Both the position numbers and the translations under genes were made by a program. DNA of 64,000 nucleotides from Paramecium tetraurelia (lineage: Eukaryota): assembly GCA_000165425.1 (NCBI GenBank), contig CT868452.1, positions 1 to 64,000 of the forward strand, given 5' to 3'. The notes below the pieces were generated by a model. It made no database searches. It had not been told where the DNA came from and saw nothing but the letters and a program-made list of their open reading frames with translations. Of the stretch, positions 39,338 to 53,683 are shown piece after piece (within the stretch, counting starts at the first letter, position 1; the number at the start of each line of letters is the position of its first letter).

Positions 39338-40799
39338 TCAAAGTAGATGCTTTAACGATTCAGCTGTGCCCAAGACAATAGCTAAAATTGAAACAATCAA
39401 AATTATTGTATATTGAATGACAGGTTTAGTTGATTTAGAGTTCTTGAAATAAATAATATGAACTAGTACAGGGAAGCAAAACTAAAAAATGAAAATAAGT
39501 AGTACTTGTAATAAGGATCCAAAAATGCTTCCAATCAAATTCAAAAAGTGCGATAGATGAGGCACATAATAAGCGATAAAGTAGATAGTTAACATCAACA
39601 TGCTTCTTATACTGCTTTAGAGGAGTCTATCTTCAAAAACTAAGTCATCTTTCTCGCATGTAAGATTTTCAATCTTATCGCAAGTGGATTTATCAATCTT
39701 TTCTGTGGGAGACCCTTCATTCGAGTTTTATTCAATGTCATGGAAGCTGATATACTCGAACATATTCTTTTGAAGCATGGTTTCAACAATTTGGACAGCT
39801 GGGAATAGTTGGAGTGGAAAGGTCAATAACAAGCTAATTGAGTATAAGATCAATGAAACGACTTCTAAGATTGGGTTCTATTGTTAATGATTAATAAGTA
39901 CTTGAATACTAAATAGCACAATTGATTGTGTTTCTTATTGATAGGTGGACGAGGTGATTAGTGACAAAAAGATTGAGATGCAGAATGCTGTCATCAAACT
40001 CTTTGAAGCAACAGATTTGAATTCAAATTTATTCTTCATGCTGTCTCTGATAGGCAAAACTGTAAATATTCCTTCACAACACAGAATGGCCACTCCCACA
40101 TAATTAAAGGTGTCTAATTAATTTATTATTATAATAATTACTTTTGATGTTGATTAAATTGGAGAATTGGAAATTGTCAATTAAGGAGAGTCTCCCTTGG
40201 CAGTCGTAGAGTATAATGCAGAAGGAAGCCAAAGCAGCATAAAAGCCGTATTTACTGGTTGAGTGAAAAAAATGAATTTTTCTTACAAAAGATAAGGGAA
40301 TCACTATAATTAATGTGATCAGCAGGCATTACAATTTGGTCATTTCAATACTGATTTGATGTAAGGATTGAGCCAAGGACTCAGTCAGAAATATCAAATA
40401 GGCTATGCAAAGTCCAATCAATTGCAATATGATGGCAATATCCAAAATGTGAGCCCACAGAGATCCCAAAGTTAGTTTAATGATGTCTGCATAGAGAATA
40501 TTATCTGTGTTCAAATCATCTGCTATTTCTATCATGAATTGGCTTGATCTATAATATTGGATGGTTAATTTACTTTACGCAACTGAAGGCGATTGGAACG
40601 AATAAGAAAATAGACCAAAGCAATCCAACCTGATAAGTGACAACTGGGAGAACAATGACACCTTAAGAAATCAAACAAAATGGATACCAATTCCAAGATT
40701 TGATTTAATAAAATTGAAATAAGCCTGTGTAGCTGTAGATTTATGCGATTTGCCGGGATGTTTAAGTTTGGAAGAATCTTCAATTTCTCTGTTCTCCAT
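39338..40799 (-). CDS. Amino acid transporter (Aa_trans/SLC36-like)
   Basis: FNFIKSNLGIG..LP, QLIGLCIAYLIF, GVAILCCEGIFTVLPI, LTFPLQLFP, IPHLSHFLNLIGS. Confidence 0.88.
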
Positions 40800-40960
40800 G
40801 ATTCGTTTTAAAAATGAAATATTATTAATTTTTAATTGGAATTACTCTGAATTAACAGAAATAATACTAATTCTTTTGATAACAAAAAGTTTAAAAGTAA
40901 TATGAAATAATTAATTGGGTGAATTAATTATATATATATAAATATTATTTTATAAAAATA

Positions 40961-41716
40961 ATGCAAAATTAATCACTTGATGAGGTCTTAAAATAGAATT
41001 AGGAATTGAAGGAATTGCTGCTAAAACTGAATTAGGATAAACAAATGTTCGAAAAGAAAGTTTAAAGAAAGACTCAAGAGTTACAAAAATTAAAGTAATC
41101 ATATGAATTCTTGAGTGACAAGATTATGACTTAAAAGCATTTGTTGGGTAATGTGGAGGCTGAATAGGATTAATTGTTGCAATTAATTGTGGAGTAAATG
41201 ATTTCGATGCTTGGGTAGAAACAGGAAGGTACATCTAATAGTCCATGCACGAATGACATTTGCAAAGTGATGTAAGTTTCACTGCAGTAGAATCAGGAAT
41301 AACAGAAACAGGATTTCTTGTATTATTCTAAGAAGATCAGACAAAATGAGGAAGTATTGTAGGAGATTAAATAAAAGTATGAGAATCAAATAAAGGAATT
41401 GAATGAATAGAATTAGATTCTAAAGCACAAGTTGGACTTTCTGATAGGCAAAACTGTATATTATCATGAGGCAATATTAGATTTAAATTAATAAGTGAGT
41501 GAAGTGCATTATTTAAGGATATCTTTATAAGAAAATCAAAAGAAAGTGGAAGATGATTTAATGGCTAAGAGTCAATAGAAGATAGCTTAATTGGAGGTTC
41601 GAAACAATTTTTTGATTGACTAAGTGAAGAGCATGGAGCAGGAATTGGTGATGGTAGAGAAATTGGTAACAAACATTGAATAATAAACGATGCAAACTAA
41701 GAAGAGAGGGAAATGA
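40961..41716 (+). CDS. Coiled-coil protein
   Basis: Intronless Q/E/K/L-rich ORF from ATG to TGA. Confidence 0.65.
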
Positions 41717-41838
41717 AATCGTATTTTTACAAATTTCATCACAATTATTGTCATCATATAATCTTATGCGATCTTGTTCAGAAATTGGAGTTGGCTATTG
41801 AATTATTAATTATTAATATAACTAATCTGATTTGTGAT

Positions 41839-44800
41839 ATGGAAGATTAATGGTTTCTGAATGGAAAGAAAGTAATCAAGCAATAGATGCTATCAAAATC
41901 ATCGCATCAAATAATCAATGGAGTCTCAATAACATTGGAGGCTTCGTTTGGATGCTTGCAAAATCCAATAAGAAAGAACTGCATGTTTGTGAATGATGAC
42001 ACTCTCATGTTTATAAGTGGTAAGCATATTGTGCTTTATGACATCATACGAAAACGATAAACCTACATCATGAAGAGTGCCGAAGATGAAGTGGTCTAAG
42101 CATTGAGTTTCCATGTTTCAAATGGACAGAAATTATTCATAGCCATAGCATTCAAGTCTACAAGCAAGATTCTCCCAACAGTCAAGGTGTACAATCGAAA
42201 AAAGAAGCGATTCTATCAATGTGTGCATTCCCATTTACTACCTAATAGCAACATTCATGAGATTCTGTTCATCAATGATGGAAAGGTACCATATAGTATG
42301 ATTATTAGCATCTAATATCGTTGTCTACTTAGGAGGATGGTTATGGAATGAGTTTATTTGCAATTAGCAAAGAAGTTTCACTTTCTTATACACTTATCAA
42401 ATAAAAAATTAACATGTTGGAACCCATAAGTGATTTTGAATTTTTTTTGATTGGACCATAGTTTTTAACATCATATAAGTATTAAGCAGACATCAGTGGA
42501 TTAGAAATATAGAATAATTTGATATCCATCTTAGAATTATAATAAGATGAGAGTATAGTAGGAGTATGTTATAACACTGAGAGGAAATACACCATCGTAG
42601 CAACTAGCAAAAACAATCTCATAATGATCAAAGGAGACAAGAGAGTTGGCCAATTTGAACTATAAACTCAATAGAAAGAGTCGAATCATTTATTATGTAA
42701 ACTTCATCATTAATTAAATCATAGAATAGATTAATAAAGATAAAAATAAACCAACTGAACAAGAAAAACTAGCGAATGTTAAAATATCTACTATTGCAAA
42801 AACCATTAAAGGATTCATAATTGGTTTAATAGGTAAACCTGCTTTGTAGGTGTATGAGATTGAATAAGATGGATCTGAAAAAGAGTAATATGTCTTAAAT
42901 TTGGTTGGTACCTACTTCATAAAAGATGAACATATCTATGGAATTCATCAAATTCATTTGGCCTCAGATGAAATGTATGCAGCATTAACAGTAATTTACT
43001 TTAATCGTTCTGCATATCAAGTAGCCTTAGGATCTTAGTAGGCGTTGTGTAATATTGTTTCATGTGAGTAAATCTTGGAGAATTATTAAGGAAAATTAGA
43101 ATTGTTTACATTTAACTTAGCAATTGTAGAAGCTTTGAAATCCGTTCAAAAAGATCCATTTGAACCATTATTCGAGAAAGGTGTTCACAAGGGTACTATT
43201 TTCAATATTGCAACAACGCCTATGAGATCTATAATAGCATCTGTATGTGATGATAAGAATATCAAATTTTGGGATTATTCAAACGATTTTAAGGAGATGT
43301 TCTCACATTAATTTCATGAAACTCCATTATCAGTAGCCATTCATCCATTGAGTTATTAATGTGCAATCGGATTCAAGGATGGGTAATGAAATCAAATAAT
43401 ATTAACTAGTCTTCGATTCTATTTTATATTAGATGATGATCTGAAATTGGTTCACAATGAAACTACCAAGGTTTGTAATGCACTTACATATAGTGAGGGA
43501 GGTCACATCTTGGCTGCTGCTAATGGTAATCAAATCCAATTATATAATCCATTGACATATAAGATGATAAATGTGTTGCCCAATCATCAAACAAATCTCA
43601 AGGATCTACTATTTATAGATAGAGTATTAAATTTCATTAAATATATCAAAGGACAATCTGCTGATTTCCCAATGTCAATTTGGAATTTTATATGTTTGGA
43701 ATCTGCTCTCTGGTGAAAGAATCTTAGAACATGCTCAGAAGCAGAACAAGTATCAAAGTTTGTGTTATGACTTCGAATATGATCTTGTTGTTGGAGTCTC
43801 AGATTAGAAATTAAAGGTGTATCATGAAAAGGGTCAAAACATGGTCTTGGAAGTCGACACATCTCCTACTTAATTTAGTGCCATCTGCATTAGTCATAGA
43901 TACAATGCGATCTTCTTTGGAACTACTCAAGGATCTATTAGAGTTTACTCTTATCCATTTTATCATTTCAATCCTAAAATGATGGAATCTATCGAAATTC
44001 CTGTCCATTAATTAGCTGTTACAGCCATTAAAGTATCTCCTGATAATAGTTATTTGATAAGTTCATCAATCGATGGGAGTATATTCTTTAGTAAAATCAA
44101 ACAATTCATTAATGGTGAAGAGGTACTCAAGCATTTCTATAATATTAGATTACACAATTAGATCTCATAACTAGAGGAGATATTGAGAATAAGATTACTA
44201 ACACTTTTGCACTTAATAGTTTGTGCTTGTGTTCTACAACTGCTTAAGAAATAAGGCAAGAATAGTTGAAGGAATTGGAATATCGATTGTAGAATTTTAA
44301 GAGTGACATCGATGATGCTAAGGAAGTTCAATTGAATAATAATGACTATAAACTTAAGAAAATACGGGATGAACATGTTAAAGAAGTTCAAAAGGTTTAA
44401 GATTAACTATCTCAAACAATTTAACAGTCTGATGCTAAAAACAACAAGATTAAGGAAGATAAAAAGAATTTAATTGCGACTTCAAAGAAAACTATTGAGG
44501 AGATGAATGAATAAAATTCTAAGAAACTATTGTCGATTTATGATATCAGAGACAAATTGAATGAAAAATTATAAAACATTATTAAACAGCAAGATGAAGA
44601 AAGACGTTTAGTGAATCAAGAATATTAATAATCAATCTCTTAAGTGGATGATGAATACTGTTAAAAATACTAAGACTTATTTAATAGATTCAGTCAAGCC
44701 ATGTCCAATATGAAATTAGATCAAAGGAAATTTAAAGAAGTCTTGCAGTAAAGTGAGAAAGACTATGAAACGTTTTATAAGGAGTCCCAACAGTCTTTAA

Positions 44801-45947
44801 AGGCAAAGTTAGAGGAATTTAATACTCAAACAGAAATATTGAGGTCAAGCATCTCTAGATTTAAAAAGGAGATTGTTAGGTATTAAAATAGAAAAGAAAT
44901 CTTGCACAATTTAAAAAAAGGTAGCGAGTTCATCTTATAAATTTAGAAACTGATGAGTCTTTGTAAAGTTTACGTTAAGAGTTGAAAGGCTATGAGGAAA
45001 AACATAAGATGATGTTGGCCGATTTAAGAGAGAAAGAGAAACTCATCAATTAAAGGGAATAGCAAATAAAGGACTTTAGGATGAAGAATGTGCATTTACA
45101 AAACTTCTAAAAAGTCTATGATTATAGAGTGAACACATTAAAAGATGAAAGAGAGCCGCTTATGGATCATCTGAAAAATATGGAAGTAAGTCATTGATTA
45201 AAATTAATCTAGAAACACGTTAAGAATCTCTACAATGAATTGATAGAGGAATCTGGATTGAAGCAATCTAGGATTGAAGAAGAAAGAAAATTAATTACAG
45301 ATTTAAATATATTTAAAAACTAACTCAAATCTGCCTTAACTGTTTTATCTTTATCAAAAAGAAATATGGACAACTTTAAATCTTCAATATAAACATTGAT
45401 TAATAGTGATACTGGAGATTGGCCAGAAAAATTGGAAGAATTGTATCATATGGTGTAAGAAGAGAATAGCAAAGCAATCACTATCAAAAATCCTGTGTTT
45501 TAAGAAACGTTAAAGGATATGTAAAAGGATCCTTTATAATAACAAATTGATCAAAGCTAGCAGAATGCCATCTATAAAGCATTATCAAGCTAAAAACAAT
45601 ATTTACAATAGAGTCTCTCTGAAGTTGAGGCTTCTGTTAAGTATCAACTTGGATAAAGAGTTGTAGCTCATGATACTATTCAGGACTAAAATAAGCATCT
45701 TATTAAACAATGCAAAGAATTGAGAGAAATTAAATAGGAACTGAAATCAAAATTAGATGGCATGAATAAGGAATATAGAGAGAAAAAGAGAGAATTAAAT
45801 AGCTAGGGCATAGAAATACCAGAAGAAAATGAAGATGATAATTAATTTGGCAAGACCTATGCCACTACTTTTACTTCAGTTACAAGAACACCTGGAACGA
45901 AGTCGCAATAGAATTTTAGAACTAAAATTATTAGAAATATAGGTTGA
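41839..45947 (+). CDS. CFAP57: CFAP57/WDR65-like ciliary WD40 plus coiled-coil protein
   Basis: WD repeats (ASVCDDKNIKFWDY, PLSVAIHP, SEGGHILAAANG, FFGTTQGSIRVY) followed by a long coiled coil (LQNFQKVYDYRV); multiple short introns. Confidence 0.75.
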
Positions 45948-46844
45948 TAAAATTCTAATTATTTCTTTAATTTTAATAATAATAATAGATCTATTAAATA
46001 TATCACTTTAAGTTTTGATAAAATATGCGAAAAAAATATCTTTATATAAAATTTGAATCTCAAAATCACAATTTCTATTTGTTGTTTTCTCTGCTATTCT
46101 GAATGAAATTATTTCTTGATTCATTTTATAATGATTTTATGGCTTATTTATCACTCATAAGATTTTAGAATTGAATTATACAGTATGATATATAAATTTT
46201 TTTACTGTCTAGAAATATTCGAATTAGATTATTATAATTTCTATTTGAGAGAGTCTGATATCCTTATTTTAACAGAATTGCGCAAATTTTGCTTTAATTT
46301 TTTATCAAATTCAGAATAATGTTTGATTTCCCAAAAAAATTATTATGACTATTAAAAATGTAGTATGCCTACTGCGATGTGAATATATTGGCAATACACA
46401 TCTAAGATATATTTATCGAGACTTTAACCAAATTATCATTGATAAATTATTAATTCGATAGTGTAAGAATTGAAATAATTCTCTGTGTAGGGATTAGGTA
46501 TTGAAATATCTCATCTATTTCCGTCTTTGATTGAGACTAAATTAGCGCTTACTTTTATGTTTGTGATTTTGAAATATTTGAGCAAGAGGATGCGAATATT
46601 TTGATTTTCCAACAAAATATTGGAATTCGAGGATCAAAATAATGTATAAATTTATTTATATTTTAGGAGCATGTCATAATGAAGGGAGTGCTGAGTCTTT
46701 GAATAAAAATATAATAATCAATTATCCAAACAATTAAAGCTAATAGTACACAATTAAAATGACGTATGTCCCCTTTTATGAAGATATTTAATCGCAGCAA
46801 AAAATCTTATTTTCATATATATATTTATATAAGCAATATAATAA

Positions 46845-47082
46845 ATGGGTTGTTCAGCATCAAAAAAGTTTACGAGGAAGGGGACAGGCTTTGACGATTA
46901 CACTTAAAAATTGGATTCTGATGATCAAACCAATTTAGGAATGATTGCCTTCAAGAGCCTGGAGAAGAAACACATGGTAGTTAACCTGGAGATGTTATCA
47001 AGTATGACTTAGTTATATTGAAATAGAAACTTGTTCTCCCGAGCATAAGTGCAGATTGGGTGAAATACCAGAAGACATTTGA
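46845..47082 (+). CDS. Small (~70 aa) protein with MGC dual-acylation N-terminus
   Basis: MGCSASKK start, one 25-nt GT..AG intron, TGA at 47080-47082. Confidence 0.5.
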
Positions 47083-48162
47083 AATGACTAAATTATACTC
47101 AACTGATTATTATTATTCATCTTCACTTCATAAATAAATGTTCTAATTTGTATTTTATGATTCAAAAAGATTTTATGACTGATTATTTTTATTTTGTTCT
47201 TTTCAAGCAATACTTATTGTAAATAACAAGAATCTATTGTATTTTATTTAAAATTCAATATAATAATAAAGAATTCCTTTTTATTAATTAAACAAGATTT
47301 TGTTGGAACCACGATGATTTCACACCCAAAATGAGATTTTCTAATTCTTTGAGATGTTTTATGAATATATTATAATCAAAAGAAAGCCAGCATTACTTGA
47401 AAAGTTGAAACCCCCACCTTACGTTTCTCCTAATCATTGAAAATAATAAGCTAAGATTATAATCAAATAAGTAGTGTCATAACTATTTTAATAAAGTTAA
47501 TTAATGAATGCAGGATTTAGAGAGTGGAGTATTTGGTTAAAATGACTACCAACAACATTTATATCCAAAGGAACAAGGGAGTAGCCTGTTCTTAAGAGGG
47601 AAATCAAAAAGACTCATGAAATGGTTATGTGGAGTCCACTGGAGAATTCAAAATAAAATTACTTCAGAATTATATGATAAATTACAATTAATTATATAAT
47701 AGTATATTATCATAGATGGAGGTTAAGGAATCTGAGTTATAATTGAAATCTAAAAAGTTATTCAAAACAAAGAGTTGGAGATTCATAATTTTTAAAAAAA
47801 AGCCATGCCACCTAAATTGTTATAAGTTATTTTAATCAGATTTTTAATAATCTTAATTGAAAAGAAAAGCTACACAAATTAGAAAAACTATTGAAGATTA
47901 AATCCTAATAGAGTTAAATGATCTTTATTAGTTAAATATATAAATTATCTTTATAATAAAATGAGATTGTTGTTTTAAACAAAGTAGTATCCAGTTTAAA
48001 TGGATTAATATAATTCGAGTTTCTGCTTGGAAGATGTTTAGTTTTTGTGAAGCTGTGGCTTAAAGTTGATTTAATTTTTGGTTTATAAATTTTAATGAAT
48101 GATTCAAAAAAAGTATAGTTAAGAAAAGGATTGATTGGATAAATTATAAATAAAAATAAAGT

Positions 48163-49471
48163 ATGGAGGTAGCGAAAAAGCTCAAATTATAATCTCAGAG
48201 GTTTCATGAGAAGGAAATGAATTGGAAGGTGTAAGAGTAGATTGAGGAGATTAAGCTGAAGGATCGAGGTCATCTGAGGTTGAAGGAGTGGACGAAAAGA
48301 AATCATTATGAAAAGAGCATGAAGGATTTAAGGAAATAATATGAAAAGTAAATTGTAAAGTGATTGTAGGTATTTTACAATCAAGAGGGTTGATGGAAGA
48401 TCACTCACATGTGAGTAATTTGTGAATTAATTTGAGATTCCTGATATTCCGTGTATAATTGCGAACACAGTTGACGATTGGAATGTTGAGAAATATTGGA
48501 CATTTGAGAAGTTGTATCAATTATATAAGGAAACCTCGTTCAAGGTGGGTGAGGATGATAAAGGCAAGAAGTTGAGAATGCCATTCAAGAATTTCCTTGA
48601 TTACCTCGTTTATAATAAAGACGATTCTCCGCTTTACTTGTTTGAGAGGTATGTCTACTGGAAGTAACATCTAGTTCATTGGAGGACATGAAAGATGGTG
48701 GAGCTGACATAATAGGTCGATTCAAAGTACACAAGTATTTTTCAGAAGATCTTCTAGCACTGGTAGGAGAAAAGCATCGTCCTCCCTATCGATGGTTCTT
48801 AGTAGGGTAGTTTATGTTAATGTTAATAGCACACAGTCCATAGCGATCAGGTACAACAGTGCATATTGATCCTTTGATGACAAGTGCATGGAATACATCA
48901 TTGCAAGGCCATAAGCTTTGGGTTCTTTTTCCTCCTGATATTCCTAAATGCGTAGTGAAAGCCAAAGGATTGGCAGCCAAAAGATTGATAGATCCTGTGG
49001 ATTTAGACGAATCGATCGATTACTTTATGCATGCATTGCCTAAGTTGATAGAGTAGGAAGGAGCAGATAATTTAAAAATTATTATGGGTATATAAGGTCC
49101 TGGGGATACTATATTTGTGCCTGGTGGATGGTGGCATGCTGTCTTGAATCTAGATAACACTATAGCTATAACTCAAAATTTTATGTCAAGTAACAATTTT
49201 GATAAAACCTGGAGGTAATGATAAATTAGAAATGTAATGTAGATCGGTGAGAGATGAGAGACCCAAGTTTAGTAAGCGTTTATTGCAGGTGTTCTAGGAA
49301 TAGAGGTCTGATTTGTATGAAAGAGCACTTAAATTAGATGAAATCGATAAGAACCAATTAAGAGTGCTGAGACTAGCCAATCCATTGAGTTCCGATGAAT
49401 CCACTGGTAGTTCATCATCTAGTAGTTCAAGTAGCTCATCTAGCAGTTCCAGTTCCGATGAAGATAATTGA
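48163..49471 (+). CDS. JMJD6: JMJD6-like JmjC oxygenase
   Basis: [54 protein letters not shown], poly-Ser tail. Confidence 0.92.
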
Positions 49472-49503
49472 TTAAGTGTATATTCAATATAATAATTTTT
49501 AAA

Positions 49504-52500
49504 TCAGCGATTCCTTTGTGCCTCTTGATGTTCAGACCGATTAATCTGGCCTTCCTGATCTCCAATAGAACTTAAGTTTTGATAGGACCCGTCGTCTTAT
49601 TGAACTCTTATCTTCTTTGGTACCCAATACTTGTAGTAAAACACTGTTATTGAAGAGACCAGAAATAGGAATGCAACAACATAAAATATGATTGCCAAAG
49701 TCCATCTCAACTTCAAACCAGATTTAAGTTCGCCAAAGGTTTCATCAATTTATTCGCTTGTCCAATTGGCTCCTCTTGTTAACGACATAACTGGCAAAAC
49801 AGCATAATTATCACAAGGGAACAACACATCCTGCTTGTACTCTACACTTACCATCAGATTTAACATAGCCGATAAAGCCACTCCAGTAAATGGTTCATAA
49901 ATCACGTATGAGTCATCCCAATCACTTGCCCATTATCTGTCCGTCAAATTATCATGTTTGTAAACTTCGATCATCTCCTGTAATTTAATGTCTCCATTAT
50001 AAAAATGAGTGGGACTATTCATGATCGGTGCATTTTAAATTGTGGTCATATTTTCTAGTCCATCCCATTTGTAATTATGATATTCTGGATTTTTGTCAAA
50101 TGTATGTTTATTATTTCTGAATCTGTAAGCTTTTAGACCGTGAAAATCAATTGTTTCATTGTAATCCAAATAAATATTCTTCACAATATCGGTAATAATA
50201 GTTCCAATGTGACCACTTGCTGGCAATTAAGGTTCGTATGAGAATGCATCTGTACCTAATTCGCAAGACACTTCAATATTCCATGGGTTGAATTATCTAA
50301 AGGTTGTTTAATTTCCATCAAAGAAAGGGACTTTAACATTCAAGTAATCTAGTCCTTCAATCTAATGGTACTTCCTTACTTTTGAAATATCCTTCTTCCC
50401 AGTATACACACTTTATAATTAACTCAATTCGCTTGGCAAATTCAAATTTAATCCAGTAATTGGAGTTGATGGATCACCACCCATTGCAGGGTTCATTTCC
50501 TTAATTGCAACTGTGAGTTACGGCCAATATCCAAACAGAATTTCATCAACTGTCCTTGTATCTGCAAATCCTTCCAATCCCAATTCAATCATAACATATC
50601 TTAAATAATGCAATATGTTGTAATCATCAAAAGGTAGAATTTTCTGAAATGACTTCTTATCATCATTCACAAAATGAATAAAAGCATTGCTAATCATTTA
50701 CCCATTGTATAAACACTCAAAAGACAATAAATATCTTGCTAAGTCATAATCTAATTTCTTATCCGTAAAAATGTCCTTGAATTCTGCTTAAAACCAAGTA
50801 TATTCAAATTTCTTAAATATTGGATATATGTCCCCCATAGTTTTACTTGCTTTATACAATTCGTCTATCGGATTCTCTGAAATCATTGAAAAAGCCCATT
50901 GTTTGACTCCAATCTCGAACTTCGTGCATCTTTCCAATTTACAATCATACTTCGCCTTCATCTTATTGTTTGCCAACTTCAATTCTTAACCAAATCCTTC
51001 CTCTTCTTCATCACATAATTGTATTAATTATATATTAGTCATTCCTGTTAAAGTTTACAGTTATCCCCAATAAACACTTTCCTAATGTTCGCATATATAT
51101 AACAATTGATTAATCGACTTTGAATTCCAATTCTTGTATTCACCCAAACTACAAAATTTCTCTTTCTAAGCATCATTAATTTTATCCAGTTTTTCCAACA
51201 CCTATTCGCATTTCGTGACTCTCTTAATCAACAAATCTGACATCACGTAATCAAATAAATTATCATTCAAATTCGCCATTTCTCCATAAAGAGCCTATGA
51301 TACAATAGTTCCCAATCCAGCTATGCCTTTAGTGCCATTGATTGACTTCTAGACTCCAAATTCCTCTTCCATATATTTTATATACTCATAAAACACTCTT
51401 GAATGATAGATAGATTCAAGTTTGAATCTGTTTTGTATTTTGGTTAAATGATCCTCCTTTTTAGTTTTATCATATTGATTTCCTTCTTCATATAAGAATC
51501 TCAAGTTCCCAATATGTAATAATAAATGTGAATCTGTATAGTATTTAGGATCTTCAACTGAGTAATACTCATAATGTCTAAGTAATTCCAAGGCCCATTC
51601 AGTAGTAAACTTTAGATTCTTATACTTTTCATTTGTTGGTTCTATAACTTTTAAAAAGTATTCTATATTAGTACTCTATTATACCTGTATAGAAATAACT
51701 GAGCTCAGGGTAACCGTGACTGGTAGTATTACCAGTGATAACACTAGGGACTGGAGTTGTGCCAGCATCTGGATCATTTGTGATGCTTTGAGTAGCCCAT
51801 TATTTCGCACATAAATAAGCATCGAAGCACTCTTCGGTTGGAGATTTTTTGCAGAATAGCTATTTAATGCTTCCTTCTGCACCTTGGATCAGTGGGGCCA
51901 ATTATCTCTTAATGCTATTCATCTGAGATTAAGATAATTAAAAGTAGTTTCTTAGAAATGAATCATCAGTGTATTTCTTAGCGACTTACACCCAGTTCAC
52001 GAATGCGGTGCTATTGGCCATTCCAAACTCCTAATCGAACCAAATTAGATTTTATTTCTCATTTGATAAACCAAGCAACACTGTCTTCTTCGCTGTATCC
52101 TCATTCAAAAAACTAGATATAACTGCTTAAGCAATCATGGTTGGGTAAAAGAATTTTTTCAATTCAAAATAAAACGAACTGAACACTTATAAGGCCATCA
52201 TTGCTGGTTCTGTATTTTGAAGCTAATGCCATGCACCTAAAGCAACAAAATTAGCGAATGTTATTTTATCATTCTATTTTTCCCCCACAGTCTGAATCCA
52301 AGCACGGAATGTCACAATGCTTTTGTCGTCGTTGAATGTATAATCTGTGAAATTTTACTTCTCCTAATATGTATACGGACCTTTCTCAACCAAAATTGGT
52401 TTTTTCCCTCTAAACATTACGTCATAAGGATTCGTAAATTAGAAGAAAGTGAAATCCCTCGTTAAATAAGTTTGGGTATCTCCCGGTATCTCTCCCTAAG

Positions 52501-52682
52501 AAAATGAAGTATTTTATTGTATATACCCATAGTGCGTAATTGCTTGATGACATAATTGCTTCATCTTGGGCTTAACTCTTAATTACACTTAGTAAAACGA
52601 AAGGAATAATAATGGCCAATACTAGGAACGAAACTGTGCAACAGGTTAAAGTAGATAATATAATTTTCCATTTCTTATCCAT
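49504..52682 (-). CDS. CD36/LIMP-2/SR-B family scavenger receptor, ~1000 aa
   Basis: N- and C-terminal TM segments, FTFFQFTNP..PILVEKGPYTYQE, GTDA, PTHFY, EPFTGV. Confidence 0.82.
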
Positions 52683-53683
52683 TTATATAAAATAATATTT
52701 CAATCATTCTATTGTTAAGTTTGATTATCATATTTTCGAGCAGATTTGAATCAACACTTTTAAATTGGAAATGAATATTTTTATACATTGAATTCTTTCC
52801 TGCACAAATTGACTTTGGTTTTCAAAAATCTTTATCGTATTTGTTGGTTTTCAAAACTCTTTTTTCTATTGATTCGGTTAATAATCTGACCAGCAACTTT
52901 GGTAACATCACAAAAGGACTCCCATGTTGAAATATGAAGGATGCATTAGTTCTGAATCCAGCTATATCGTTTTCATTAATTTGGTTACTTTATCGTCTTA
53001 GATTTTATATATTCTTTATATTGGTTCAAAAGCTCATTTAGGTTCCTTTTTAAATGTATTCACTATAATCCACACTAAATTCAATATTTTTGATTAAGAT
53101 TTTGCAAAATATTGTTATCTCCATATTGAAAGGACCTTTTACTCAAATTTATCTATTAATCCTAATTTTATGAGTAGAGACAATTTGATTCTTAGACTGA
53201 GTAATCTTTGTATCTTTTGTTAACGCACTATTATAACCCTCTTTTTATTAAATTGGTTAAATATCATATAGTTTATTCATTCATTTAATTAACACAATCT
53301 TTCATATAATCGATAAATTCTATTTTATATCAATTAGAGTAAAAACTAATTAAATTCTCAGTAATAATTATTTTTTCAATAATTATACTGCTAAAACAGA
53401 TTTGATATTTAGTTTGAAGATTTTGCCCCCACTATTATGTCTATTGTTTAGAATATATAGGTTAATGAAATTACAAAAATATAGAATGATTTTGGTGTTC
53501 CACTTGCTCAAAATTTAACCTTCTGACTAAGAACTTATATTTTGTTTATGATTAATTCAATTCTGAAATCAAAATTTGTTGTTGTTTAATATGCTGTAAT
53601 AATATACATTGCATTAAATATTATAAATATTATTTATAAAGGATACATAATATTATCGTTACTACAACAACTGATAAATTTTA

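Noticed and set aside
46380..46440. IYRDF kinase-like motif
   Set aside because: Isolated, with no other kinase subdomains in register.
49405..49457. Repeat-like AGT/TCA tract
   Set aside because: Encodes the poly-Ser tail typical of JMJD6.
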